DNA of 64,000 nt, taken from Narcine bancroftii (lineage: Eukaryota). The first letter of the stretch is position 1; each line of letters opens with the position of its first letter. The notes under the pieces are model-generated. The model was not told the origin of the DNA, ran no database searches, and saw only the letters and a program-made list of their open reading frames with translations. Location of the stretch: contig NC_091474.1 of the NCBI RefSeq assembly GCF_036971445.1, positions 50,282,001 to 50,346,000 of the forward strand. Reading direction: 5' to 3'. A program made the position numbers and the translations under genes. Of the stretch, positions 12,550-25,513 are shown one piece after another.

Positions 12550-12940
12550 CAGGAAATGAAGTAGTGGAAGATTTGCCACAAGAATCCATCAGCAAGTTCA
12601 AGAATTCCACGTTCCAATATCCATATGCCAAATCCCAGCATTGGCATAGATATAACCTGGGCAAATCTTTTAAAGCACTGCTCAATTAGTCTTTTTGCCT
12701 TAACACAATTCCTCTTTTTCAAGGTTTGGGGATTATAAAGAGTTTCCATGAGCTACGGCTGCCAGGAATAATCCAAACCTCCAACAAATATAAAGCACTA
12801 AATTTGCTCAAAAAGCAAGATATTGTATGAGCCCAGGCCACTTTTTTTTTAAAAGGGCTGAAAAGTCATATGTGTTTAAATTAGCAATAAATTACTCTTC
12901 ATACATATACAAGTAACTGCATTATGCTTTGAAAAGTGCT
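12550..12940 (-). pseudogene. Possible heavily decayed PIF/Harbinger transposase fragment
   Basis: Minus-strand pieces KWPG, GGLDYSWQP*LMETLYNPQT and KRLIEQCF follow the order of the Harbinger DDE motifs WPGS.HD, GDSGY....WLMTP..NP.T and IER.FG. Confidence 0.4.
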
Positions 12941-14059
12941 CACTAGCACCATTGTGTGCCAACCAAGGATGGACTGAATATTCAGAGGGTTTCATCATGT
13001 CCCAAACAAGCCAGATGATTTGTGCTGATTGGTTTCGATCTTATTGAGACTTGCTGGAGCTTCACTCATTCAAGTAATTGCTGAACATTTTATCATACTT
13101 CTGAGTTGTGCCTTGCAGTAGATTTCGTTTCACAAATAGGGCATTTTACTGCAATAATTTTGTGCTGGGTCACCACTTTGTTCAAAACTTATTTGTTGTC
13201 ATCAGGCTCAATTTGCTTCAATTCTCTGACAACCAAAACAATAGTTGCTACTGATATACTAATAACTTCCCACTTTATTTAGGGTAATAATTTGCTAAAA
13301 ATGATTCCCTCCAAATTTGAGAGAAATCCTGTTTATTTTAACCAGTTCAACACTGAAGATGTGCATTTTGTATCCAATGTTACAGCATTAATGATGTATT
13401 AACCTTCATGGTCTTGAAATAATGTTAAAGTATTTCAAAAGGCAGATTCTAATGCTAAAATAAATGAAACATCAAAAATAATTTGCACATGTACATAATC
13501 TGAAGGCAAATCACAGCTTGACCAATGCAAATTCTGAAGATCATTTGAAACCCTGGAATGTCTCACATCCTTAAATAATACAGCACAAGAGCAAATTCAG
13601 ATGTTAAACATTCTTAATCTTTATACTGCAATATAATTACAGCTGGATTGTTATCTCTTATGATAACAAACATTCAATAACTTTGGCTGGTTTGGTTCTG
13701 TCTCGCTCACCGAAGTGAGCAATGAAATGGACCTTTCCCTAACCACAGGGACCTACAGCAACATATTATTGTGCACCAAAGGCTGAGGATCGAGCAGTTC
13801 TTTTTAAAAATCAATGCATTTATTGTAACTGTAACAATCATTCAGACTAAACAGTGCGAAAAAAAGAGAAATGAGAAAGTGTCTAAATCCTGGTGAAAAG
13901 GAATGAATGAATGTTGTGTGCTGCTAGATTTTAAATGTTTCCTAGATTGATGCAAGAAAGATTGCTTCCAAAATTAACCTTCCATATTTATACAATGTGC
14001 ATGACAGGCTCTAACCTCAGAATTGCTTTGATTAAGTCTCATCCTCATGACTACCAGAG

Positions 14060-14550
14060 AAACACAAGAACAGCAAATGCAGGTACCTTGAGCAAACAAT
14101 GAGAATCTGGAAGGGGTCAGCAGGTCAGGCAGCATCCATGGAAAGAAAAGCATGCTCTATACTTTTGATTGGAACCTTCTTCCAAATTCCAATCCACCTC
14201 TAATTGTTCATTTCCCCATACATGCCTGCAGACAGTTCACCCATCAGATCCACTCCACCTTCTAGCTCCAGTGGCCCTTCATCTCTTCCTTAAATGGTTC
14301 CCATTCTTTCTTCCTTAGTTATCAGATTCCAGTGCATCACCTGTGTTCCCTTTTGTATTCCTACTTATCACCTTGAGCCTTTCATATTCACCCTCCCCTC
14401 ATGCCATCTGCCTCCATCTGCTCTCTTCTTTCCTTACCTTTTTTTTCCCTTGCTTGCTTCTATCATCGACCTGCCTTTGCCTCCCCATTCCCCTCCCCTC
14501 CCCCAGTTGGCTCATTCTGCCCATCACCCCTCACCCCTCCTCGATCTGTC
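14060..14550. mobile_element. Penelope pseudo-LTR and 3' fragments
   Basis: CAGCAGGTCAGGCAGCATCCATGG block (reverse pLTR) and a pyrimidine-rich tract like those of the Penelope at 755-2065. Confidence 0.55.
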
Positions 14551-15387
14551 ATGGTAGAAGTGCAGGAAGACTCACCTCAGCATTCAAAAGGCAGAGGGGT
14601 ATCATACACAGGAAAGAGTATAATTGGAACTTGATGCCAATTGCAATGGCAGCATGAATAAGAAATATTTAGTTAAATCACAATTTGATTATCTGACTGA
14701 CACACTAACTCCTAAACACTTTGGTCAAATCAAGGTACCAGATCAAGAGTCTGACTACTTCATCATATCTGTACAGCACTTAGCATCATTTGGTTAGTTA
14801 TAATTTAGTGAGCATTGTCAGGACTTTGTACATTAATACAGATCCATTTAAATGTATCTATCAGTAAAGTCCATCCAAGTCATCCCCAGGTAGAACAGAG
14901 AAAAAGAATTAATAAAGAATCAGACATAGATTTTGGATGACATATAAAGAAGATAAAACACCAAAACCTTCAAAATACCCAATGAGCAGAGAAGAAAGAT
15001 TCTTGTAATATTTCCATACCAAGGAAGAATGATTAAAGAACATCCTGAAAGGAAAGGACAGAAGAACTATGGCTAATATGCTGAGGGAAAAGTAATAAAA
15101 GTGCCAAGGAACTGAAAGCCAGACAGAAAGACTGACAAAAAAAAGAAAGACTGAAGGATCATGATTCATTAATTATCTGCTCATTTAAAAAACTGGAAGA
15201 AAGGAAACATGGAATGGAGTGAGAGTGGGAAAGTGAGATGGAAACAGAGGCACTTTGACATGGGGCACAAGTGAAAGGAGATGGGGAACAAATGTCCTTT
15301 GCATCACACTCACTCCCACAACCATCATGAAGACACCTCCTTCCACCTTGTTTCCTGCAAAGACTCGATCACTTTGTTGTTGACATA

Positions 15388-16980
15388 GAATCAGAAACTG
15401 AATTTGTTATCATGAATATGTCATGAAATTCGTTATTATGTGGGAACATTACAGGTGAAAATTTTGCTGCAAAATGCATTTTAAAAATAAGTAAATTCAT
15501 GCAACAAGAAAGGAAGTTATTGCCTCTGGGTCATTGTCCATTCAGAAATCTGATAGCAGTGGGAGAGAAGCTGTTTTTTGTGCCACAGGATGTTAGTGTT
15601 TTTGTGCCACCTCCTTTAGTAGTGTGAAGAGGATATGGCCTGGGTGGTGGGGGACCTTGATGATAGAGGGTGCTTTCTTAGACATCGCCTCTTGTAAATA
15701 TCCTTGATGGAGGGAAGAATGATGCCCATGATGAAGCTGGCTGACTTTAAAACTCTCTCCAGTCTTTTTCTAAACTGTGCATTGGTGCCTCCATACAGAT
15801 ACTGATGCAATCATGAAGAATGCTCTCCACAGAACACTGTAGAAATTTTCAAGTCATTGGTGACATACCAAATCTCCTAAAAACTCCTCTCAAAGTATAG
15901 CTACTGGCCAGCATTTTTCATGATTGCATCGTCATGGAGGTCCGAAGACAGATCTTCAGAGATGTTGACACACAAGAATTTGAAGTTCTTAACCCCTTCC
16001 CAATGCTGACCCCATGATGAGGACAGGTTTGTGTTCTCCCAATTTACCCCCCCTGAAGTCTACAATCAGTTCCTTAGTTTTGCTAATGTTGGGTGCCAGG
16101 TGATTGTTGTTACACCACTCAGCCAGCTGATCTATTTCACTCCTGTAGGCTTCTTCTTGCCATCTGTGATTTTTTTGACGACCGTGGTGTCATCGGCAAA
16201 TTTGTAGATGTCATTTGATGTGTGCTTAGCCACACCGTCATAAGTGTAGAGTGAGTAGAGCAGTGGGCTAAGCATGCATCCTTGAGGTGCACTTGTATTG
16301 ATTTGTCAGTGAGGCGATGTTGTTTCCAATTGGTACTGACTGTCGACTTTGGATGAGGAAGTCAAGGATCCCATTGTAAGGGGGGGGGGGGAGTGGTGCA
16401 GAGGTCCAGGTTTTGGAGCTTGATGATCAGTATTGACGGAATGATGGTGTTGAAACCTGAGCTATAGTTGATAAGAGTAGCCTGATGTATGTGTTGCTAT
16501 TTTCTAGGTGATCCAGAGTTGAGTGGAAGCCAGTGATATTGTATCTGCTGTGGAGTGATTGTGATGGTAGGCAATTGCAGTGGGTTCCAGATCTTTACTT
16601 AGGGATGAGTTAATTCTGACCACAACTCAAAGCGTTTCATCACAGTAAATGTTAGTGTCACTGGAAATAATCATTGAGGCAGGTCACTCTGCTCATCTTG
16701 GGTTCCACTGTGATTGATGCTCTTTTGAATCAGGTGGGAACCTCTGACTGCAGCAATGAGAGGCTGAAAATGTTCCAGATCACCAAATATGTCATCAGCA
16801 TCTGACACCTTGCGAGGGTTCACCCTCTTGAAGGATGTATTGATGTTGGATTCAGAGACAGATATCACAGGATCGTCAGCTTCTGCAGGAATTCTCATTG
16901 GTACCGTTTAGTTCTCCTTTTCAAAGCAAACGTAAAAGGTATTCAGCTCATCGGTAGTAAAGCATGACAGCCATTTATCT
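15388..16980 (-). mobile_element. Rex1/Babar-type LINE, degraded RT and 3' end
   Basis: Minus strand gives IYKFADDT (~16190-16210), FYRSVL.SIL-like and KRLERVLKSASFIMG..LPSI motifs. Short-repeat tail at ~15390. Confidence 0.8.
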
Positions 16981-17217
16981 TGATTGCTCTCACCTTGTGG
17001 GATGTAATGGGTATAACTATTCTAATTCAAGACTCTTCACAACAGTACTTCAAATATGCTTATCAAGTTTAAGTTTTTTTTTAAACATCCAATTGCACAA
17101 GTATGAAACCATGCTCTCCGGTCCTTGGTCCAAAACAGGCAAACATATAACTAGACATAATTTACATACAGTCAAATGATATATAGGACAAATATAAATG
17201 TTTGTGCTTTCATATAT

Positions 17218-18309
17218 CTTTCTTTGGCTTGGCTTCGCGGACGAAGATTTATGGAGGGGGTAAAAAGTCCACGTCAGCTGCAGGCTCGTTTGTGGCTGAC
17301 CAGTCCGATGCGGGACAGGCAGACACGATTGCAGCGGTTGCAAGGGAAAATTGGTTGGTTGGGGTTGGGTGTTGGGTTTTTCCTCCTTTGCCTTTTGTCA
17401 GTGAGGTGGGCTCTGCGGTCTTCTTCAAAGGAGGCTGCTGCCCGCCAAACTGTGAGGCGCCAAGATGCACGGTTTGAGGCGTTATCAGCCCACTGGCGGT
17501 GGTCAATGTGGCAGGCACCAAGAGATTTCTTTAGGCAGTCCTTGTACCTTTTCTTTGGTGCACCTCTGTCACGGTGGCCAGTGGAGAGCTCGCCATATAA
17601 TACGATCTTGGGAAGGCGATGGTCTTCCATTCTGGAGACGTGACCCATCCAGCGCAGCTGGATCTTCAGCAGCGTGGACTCGATGCTGTCGACCTCTGCC
17701 ATCTCGAGTACCTCGACGTTAGGGGTGTGAGCGCTCCAATGGATGTTGAGGATGGAGCGGAGACAACGCTGGTGGAAGCGTTCTAGGAGCCGTAGGTGGT
17801 GCCGGTAGAGGACCCATGATTCGGAGCCGAACAGGAGTGTGGGTATGACAACGGCTCTGTATACGCTTATCTTTGTGAGGTTTTTCAGTTGGTTGTTTTT
17901 CCAGACTCTTTTGTGTAGTCTTCCAAAGGCGCTATTTGCCTTGGCTAGTCTGTTGTCTATCTCATTGTCGATCCTTGCATCTGATGAAATGGTGCAGCCG
18001 AGATAGGTAAACTGGTTGACCGTTTTGAGTTTTGTGTGCCCGATGGAGATGTGGGGGGGCTGGTAGTCATGGTGGGGAGCTGGCTGATGGAGGACCTCAG
18101 TTTTCTTCAGGCTGACTTCCAGGCCAAACATTTTGGCAGTTTCCGCAAAGCAGGACGTCAAGCGCTGAAGAGCTGGCTCTGAATGGGCAACTAAAGCGGC
18201 ATCATCTGCAAAGAGTAGTTCACGGACAAGTTTCTCTTGTGTCTTGGTGTGAGCTTGCAGGCGCCTCAGATTGAAGAGACTGCCATCCGTGCGGTACCGG
18301 ATGTAAACA
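17218..18309 (-). mobile_element. RTE-clade LINE, 5'-truncated, young
   Basis: Open frame LLFADD...FPCNRCNRVCLSRIGLVSHKRACS*, with 3' end GCCAAGCCAAAGAAAGA. Near-identical to 49606-50720. Confidence 0.96.
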
Positions 18310-18839
18310 CATCCATATACATACATAACAGACATAAATAAATAAATATTGTTTAATAATAGTAGCGTGAGCAGTTCATTTAGCGTTCCCATGACTGCCC
18401 ATGGGAAGAAGCTGTTTCTCAGCCTGACGGTGCCAGTGCTGGCTCTGATACTGCTGTATCTCTTCCCTGACAGGAACAGGTGAAAGAGGCTGTATGCAGA
18501 GTGGAAGACGCTCTCAATCATTTTGCACACCCTCTTCAGACAATGATCCCAGTAGAACATGACAATGGTGGGTGGTGGTGTGGAACGCGAGGGAAAATTC
18601 GATGATCCTCTCTGCCATTCTTATGGTCCTCTGGATTGACTTCCGATGCAATACTATACACCAACTATACCACACTGAGAAGCAGCCAGCCAGGATGCTC
18701 TCAATAGAGCTCCTGTAGAAGGTTGACATAATGGTGGCCAGTAGCCTTGCCCACTTCGGTCTTCTCAGGAAGTGCGGTTGCTGTTGAACCTTCCTGACAA
18801 GTGAGGAGATGTTGTGTTTCCAGGATAGGTCACTTCTTA

Positions 18840-19523
18840 AGGCTAATACTCAGGTTGATGGTGTGGTGAAGTAGGCATTTGGAATGTTGGCCTTCATAAA
18901 TCAGAGTATTGAATTCAAGAGTAGGGAGGTTATGACGAAATTGTACAAGGCATTGGTGAGGCCAAATTTGGAGTACTGTGTACAGTTTTGGTCACCAAAT
19001 TATAGGAAAGATATAAAAAAAATAGAGAGAGTGCAGAGAAGGTTCACGAGAATGTTGACAGGATTTCAAGGTTTGAGTTACAGGGAAAGGTTGTGCAGAC
19101 TGGGGCTTTTTTCTCTGAAGCATAGAAGATTGAGAGGGGACTTGATAGAGGTGTTTAAGATTTTAAAAGGGACAGACAGAGTAAACGTGGATAGGCTTTT
19201 TCAATTAAGAGTGGGGGCACTCTTTCAAGCTAGAGGGCATGGTTTAAGATTGAAGGGGGAAAATTATAAGGGGAACATGAGGGGAAATTTCTTCACGCAA
19301 AGGGTGGTAGGGATGTGGAATGAGCTTCCGACAGACGTGGTCGAGGCGGGATCATTGGTTACATTTAAGGAAAGACTGGATAGTTACATGGAGAGGAGAG
19401 GACTGGAGGGGCATGGACCGGATGCTGGTCAGTGGGACTAGGAGGGTGGGGATTTGTTACAGCATGGACTAGTAGGGCCGAACTGGCCTGTTCTGTGCTG
19501 TAAGTGGTTATATGGTTATATGG
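18840..19523 (+). mobile_element. CR1 LINE 3' portion
   Basis: ORF 18884-19441 (LYKALVRPNLEYCVQFWSP..FFTQRVV..WN). (TATGGT)n tail; TTAAG on both flanks. Confidence 0.93.
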
Positions 19524-20309
19524 TTAAGTGCTCTCCAAGGAACTTTGTGCTCTCTACTCTCTCCGTTCCCGAGTTATTAACGTGTAGTAGAGGGTAATCA
19601 TTCTTGATCCTCCTGAAGTCCATGATAATCATCTTTTTTTCGGTTTAGACTAAGGTTGTTATTTTTGCAGCATATTTTAAGATTTTCCACCTCTTCTCTC
19701 TTGTGAGACTCAGTTGTTGCTGATGAGACCAACTACTGTTGTGAAATCTACAAACTTAATGACCCTGTTGAAGTTGGATCTGGCAATGCAGTCGTGGATC
19801 AGTAGTGTGAACAGGAGCAGGCTGAGCACAGGGCCCTAAGTTGTGCCAGTGCTCAGTGATGGTGCTCAATGTTCTGCTGCCAACCCTGACAGACTGTGGT
19901 CTTTCTGTTAGGAAGTCCAGAATCCAGTTACCGAGAGGGCTGTTGAGTCCCTGCATGGACAGCTTCTCCACCAGCCTCTGGGGAATTATCATAGCAAACG
20001 CCGAGGTGAAATTTTTACTCATACTACAGATAACTTCCAGGAATCACTGCTCATTGCTGAGGCCATTGAAGATTATGTCACCACTGCACCTCTGTTTTTA
20101 CATTACTAAGGAAAGTTAGTGAGTGGATTGGGGACTATCAGCAGGTCTGTATTCAGGTTATGACTGGATCTATAGTATGAAATTTGGGGGAACTGATGCC
20201 AGGAATATGCTCTTCTCGGGAGGGAATAAGGACTGAGAAATGTTTGGGTGAGGTGACATGATTTTAACACATACTAACTAATAAGTGGCACGGTTGGCAG
20301 AGCAAAGAG

Positions 20310-20620
20310 AGAATAGAGAGATAGAACACTACAGCACAGCACAGGCCCTTCAGCCCTTGATGTTGTGCCAACCCATACATTCCTTAAAAAAGTACTAACC
20401 CTCCCTATCCCCGTAACCCTCTATTTTTCTCTCATCCATGTGTCTAAGAGACTCTTAAATGCCCCTAATGTTTCAGCCTCCACCACCATCCCTGGCAAGG
20501 CATTCCAGACACTCACAACCCTCTGTGTAAAAAAAAAAACTTACCCCTGATGTCTCCCCCAAGGTTTCCTCCCTCAACTTTGTACACATCTCTGATCCTG
20601 CCATGGAAACAGGTGCTGGA
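20310..20620 (-). mobile_element. CR1 3' end fragment
   Basis: Reverse CR1 tail ATAGAACACTACAGCAC..CAGGCCCTTCAGCCC and an FFTQRVV-like coding remnant. Confidence 0.7.
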
Positions 20621-21136
20621 TCTCCAACTTCACAACATAGATGAGGACCCTGCACAATAACTCATGAGGAAGGAAGTAACATAAAGTAGCCAATGTTTGC
20701 TCTGAGCATGATGGGACATGGATCTGAACTTCTGGCCTGCCATTACATATGATTTTTCACTGCATCCAACTGACACATTCCCACAATATCACAAAACTAA
20801 GAGGATAAACAGTAGTAATTCAATTTGCTCTAATATCAGGTGCACAATTCGGACTTCTCATCCTTTTATTCAGAATTTCAAACATGTTCTGCTACTCTTG
20901 CTACATTCAGCCTGAAGTAGGGACAACGTAATCACGAACTTATGTAAATAATCACACAGTGCGGCCCAAGGTAGGAATTGTATGGAATTCTTTAACCATA
21001 GATGTGGGAAATTAAATAACAAATTTGCTACTAGATATAAAAATCAATGAAGTTCCATTGTGAAGTACCACCTGGACCTGAAATATGACAAGTGTTCTTT
21101 CTTACAGCTCTCACAAAGGAGAAAACTAACATCTAA

Positions 21137-21382
21137 GGCTAGCACAGTTAGCGAAGCCTTTAGCTCCACGCTATTACAGCGCTGGAGACCTGGGTTGAAA
21201 TCCTGTGTTGTCTGTAAGGAGTTTGTATGTTCTCCCAGTATGGGTTTTTTCCAGGTGCTCTGGTTTCCTCCCACCCTTCAAAAACACACGGGATTTGTAG
21301 GTTGATTGGTGCATTTGGGTATCATGGGTACATGGGCTGGAAGGACCTGTTACCATGCTAAATTCCAAAATTAAAATTAAAA
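21137..21382 (+). mobile_element. V-SINE (HE1-like)
   Basis: tRNA-like head, V-domain TGGGTTTTTTCCAGGTGCTCTGGTTTCCTCCCAC, CR1-like tail. Confidence 0.85.
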
Positions 21383-21926
21383 GCTACCAACTAAAATAAG
21401 TTAATTAATGAAGACAATTGATCAGTCGCCTATGGGGTAGTGGATAGTTGGAAGGAAACATTGCACTGATATGATAAAAGATATCCTGTCAGCCAGAATA
21501 GCATCAAGTTCATTAACTACAACATGAGTATTTGAATGACATAATGTCTGTTAAATCACACATTTTAGAATATAAATATCAGGGTAAAAGTTGAAAAAAA
21601 GCAGCACAAGCAAAGGGCATTCTTGGTTGCATCACCCAGTTGGGGCACCAGATCGATTGTCTGACTGTCTCATCATGCTTTCGTGATCCCTCCACTGTGT
21701 ATCATTTGTTGAGAATTGTTAAGATTTTATTTATGCGGCAAGCAAAGTCTGTGTGAGTAATTCTTGAGTGCAACAGGCCATGGGAATAAAAGGCAATTAG
21801 ACATGCATTTTACGATTGTATATGCGATATCTTTGAGGTTTGTTTACAAGAATATCCTGTTCCCTTTGAAAATAAGCATTTCCCAGTGTCTCCCCAATTC
21901 AGCAAAAAAAATAATTTCCATTCTTA

Positions 21927-22870
21927 CATAGAACATATCAGCACGGTACAGGCACTTCGGTCCACAATGTTGTGCTGAACTATTCTTCTGCCTAGTTCAA
22001 CAGTGCTGCACCCAGTCCATAACACTCTATAACCCTCCCATCCATGTACCTGTCCAAATTCTTCTTAAATGTGAAAACTGAGCCTGGATTCACCACTTCA
22101 GCTGGCAGCTCATTCCACACTCCCAATATTCTCTGTGTGAAGATGTCCCTCCTCATATTCCCCCTAAACTTTTCCCTTTTCACCCTTATCCCATGTACTC
22201 TGATTTGTATTTCACTTAACCTCAGTGGGAAAAGGTTACTTGCATTTATTCTATCGATACCAATCATAATTTTCTATAGCTCTACCAAATCTCCCATCAT
22301 TCTTCTACGGTCCAAATAATAAAGTCCTAACCTGTTTAACTTTTTCCTGTAACTCAGTTCTTGAAGTCCCGGCAACATCCTAGTAAATCTTCTTTGGACT
22401 CTTTCAATCATATTCTTAGCTTTCCTGTAGTTAGGTGACCAAAAATGCACACAATACTCCAAACTTGGCCTCACCAAATCTTGTATAACTTTACCATAAA
22501 ATCCCAGTTCCTATACTCAATACTTTGATTCATGAAGACCAATATACCAAAAGCTCTCTTTACAATCCTGTGACACATCTTTCAGGGAATTATATATCTG
22601 TATTCCCAGATCCCTCTGTTCTCCCACACACTTTAGTGCCCTATCATTTACTGTACATGTCCTCACTTGGTTTGTCCTTCCAAATGCAACACCTCACATT
22701 TGTCTGTATTAAAAATCCATCTGCCATTTTTCCAGTTGGTCCAGATCCCTCTGCAAGCTTTGAAAGCCTTCCTCACTGTCCACGACACTTCCAATCTTTG
22801 TCATCTGCAAACTTGCTGGTCCAGTTTATCACATCATCATCCAGGTCATTGAAATGGATGACAAACAACA
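21927..22870 (-). mobile_element. CR1 LINE 3' portion
   Basis: ORFs MVRPSLEYCVHFWSP... and ...IFTQRILGVWNELP. KFADD at ~22800; CR1 tail at 21927. Confidence 0.9.
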
Positions 22871-24229
22871 TCTCCCCTATTCTTCCTGTCAATGTATCAA
22901 AATTCATACTTGAAGGCACAAATATCTGGGAAATGAAGCCCTCAAGTGACAAATGGACAAGTGGTGAGGGAGGACCTTACTGATGGCTTTATCACAAGCT
23001 TTATGGTGTGTTTGTTCTGCAGTGGAAACGCTGAGTTAAATTTTGCGACCATAAAAGTATCAAGATTCAAATTCACAGTACACAAATGTACTACTGCACT
23101 ATTATCAGAATTCCTAAGCCCTTGGTCTTATTTAAAATTGAACCAAATAATTTTCATCTGCAACTTATTTTTATGTAAATGGTAATCCATTTACTATTAA
23201 ATTTTAATTTAAAGTTTTAAAACTATTAAGTTTTGCTACATTTCAGGATTCAGAAAGTGACATTAAAGAGAAATTCAGTTTTATGCAAGGACTACTCTTA
23301 GAATTCTCCAGTGATTCAGTCTTAAGATAGACACAACAGTTTTCACTTTATTTGACAAAGCAAGATCTCCATGAAGATAGAAGCATGACAAACATTTATC
23401 TTTTATTTCATTAATTCCAACTCAGCACCCTCCAGTTCAAATTACCAAACAACCAAAAGAAGAATGAAGAAATACGCAAACCACAGCAAAATAATTTAGT
23501 TGTTCAAAACTTTGCTTTATCTGACCAGGGGTGCAGTGCTAATTTTTTGAGCTCCAGCACTTAAATGGTGCTGGAGCTGTCCCCTGAGGTGCTAGAGCGG
23601 CACTTCGGTGAGCTGCACAGCACAGCACTCCTGGATCTGACAATATGAATGAAATTTTATTTAAAATTACCAACAATATATGGGACTTCTGTCCAAGCAG
23701 CTACGTTATAATCCCATGGCATTGCCAATGTTTGCAGCAAGAATCACAGTGAATGAATTGTTTTCCTATACACAGAAAGCATCAATCAATTTGAGCAAAA
23801 GTGACTGACATGGTATTCAGAATCCTATTACTTGAAATTTAGAGGCAATATTCCAGCAAGACTTTATAGGCTCAATATTAATTGAAGTATTTACATCAGG
23901 TAGCAGTGTTCACATAAAGTTTTTTTTTATAAATTGTACCTGCCAGAACAAAGTGACATGTGCATAATATTCAGAATCTAATTTCAGCAAGGGTTGAGCA
24001 CACACTTCTTGTCAAAGGATCAGAAATAAAGGTAATAAAAAAAGACTCAATTTTCTGAGGTCACCAACATCACAAGTGAAGAATCAAATGATGACATCTG
24101 GCTTGGAAACTGTCAAATGCTTTAGAAATCAAATTAATGGTATTTTACTTTTAATAATAACACTAAAAACACAGGATTAATAACAGGCTATTGAAGTCAC
24201 TGAGCCTGATCTCTCACTCGTTTAGAAAA

Positions 24230-24510
24230 GGGCAGCATGGTTGGCATCGCGGTTAGTGCAACGCCTTTACTGTGCCAACGATCAAGACCGGGGTTTGAAT
24301 CCTGCGCTTCAAATCCCATGCTGTCTGTAAGGGGTTTGTAAATTCTCCCTGCGACAGTGTGGGTTTTCTCCAGGAGCTCTGGTTTCCTCACACTATTCAA
24401 AACATACTGGGGGTTGTAGGTTAATTAGGTGTAAATTTGGGCAGCACAGACTTGAGGACTGAAATGGCCTGTTATCATGATGCATGTCTATAATTAATTA
24501 ATTAATTAAA
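24230..24510 (+). mobile_element. V-SINE (HE1-like)
   Basis: Head GGCAGCATGGTTGGCATCGCGGTTAGTG, B-box GGTTTGAATCC, V-domain, (AATT)n tail. Confidence 0.88.
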
Positions 24511-25513
24511 GCTGATACCTACCTTTTTTTAAGATATTCCTGAATGCCAATGTCAAATAAAAATCTATCTCTGTCAGATTTAAACTAAGAATGTAACAAC
24601 TCAACCCGCCCCCATTCTCACTGCAACACCAACGGAACAGGGTCTGCTGAACCATACAGGAAACAGAGTCCAGGCAAATCACATAACTAGGACTGTGGAT
24701 AGGGGTTGAGCCTAAATCATAGGGGTGGGTTCAAATGAATGGAAAAGTATGGATAAAGCTAAAGGGAAGGAGAGCACACAAGAGGTTAATGATATCTGCA
24801 GAATAAAATGAAAAGGAATATTAGAAAAGGCTAAGAATTTAACCTCAGGCACCATGGAGACAAATGTGAGAAGAATGGTGATGAATTTAGAACCGTAGGT
24901 GTAATCTAGAGGATTATTTGACATGTCAGACAGGAAACTAGTCAGAAGAAAAGGAATGTGCTTGCTCCTCAAGGGTAATCAGACTACTCAGGCAGGAGGC
25001 AGATCGAAAGTCACTTCCCCATGTCAATCAAGGTCAGACGCACACACAAGTAAAGACACCTACTTCAGGTTATGAGCCGTGGGCGATGCTGGAGCACAAG
25101 TTGTAAGTGTGTGCTGGTAAAGGGTGGGGGTTATTTGTGGCATACACTCAGACAAGACTTGTATATGTTTGCCATACCTGCTTGTGGGGGAAGGGGTGGC
25201 AGGTATAAGGGTTCCTTATTTTAACTCTCGCTATACTATCAGGAGCTATGATCATTAGTAGCTATGGATGTTACCAGTTTGGAGTGAGAGTGAGTGAGTG
25301 AGTGAGTGTGTCCCTTGCATGTAAATCAAGCCCAATGTTCAGTACTAACATGTGTCAGGATTGTCACTATTTGAACCACCATCATAGAAGGTAAAATGCT
25401 CACAGCCTACGAAACAAAGTGGATGAACTAAAAAGTGCAATTGTTGTGAACACTATGGAGTCATGGTTAAAGGAGGATCATAACTAGGAGCTGAACATCT
25501 AAAGATATATGTA

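Larger units (their letters stand above)
17060..20010 (-). mobile_element. Rex1/Babar-type LINE, interrupted by RTE (17218-18309) and CR1 (18840-19523)
   Basis: ORFs with [56 protein letters not shown] and SGKRYSSIRA..RLRNSFFP. These are Rex1-type RT and C-terminal motifs. Confidence 0.85.

Noticed and set aside
24230-24310. tRNA gene
   Set aside because: The A/B boxes belong to a SINE head and run into the V-domain; there is no full cloverleaf.
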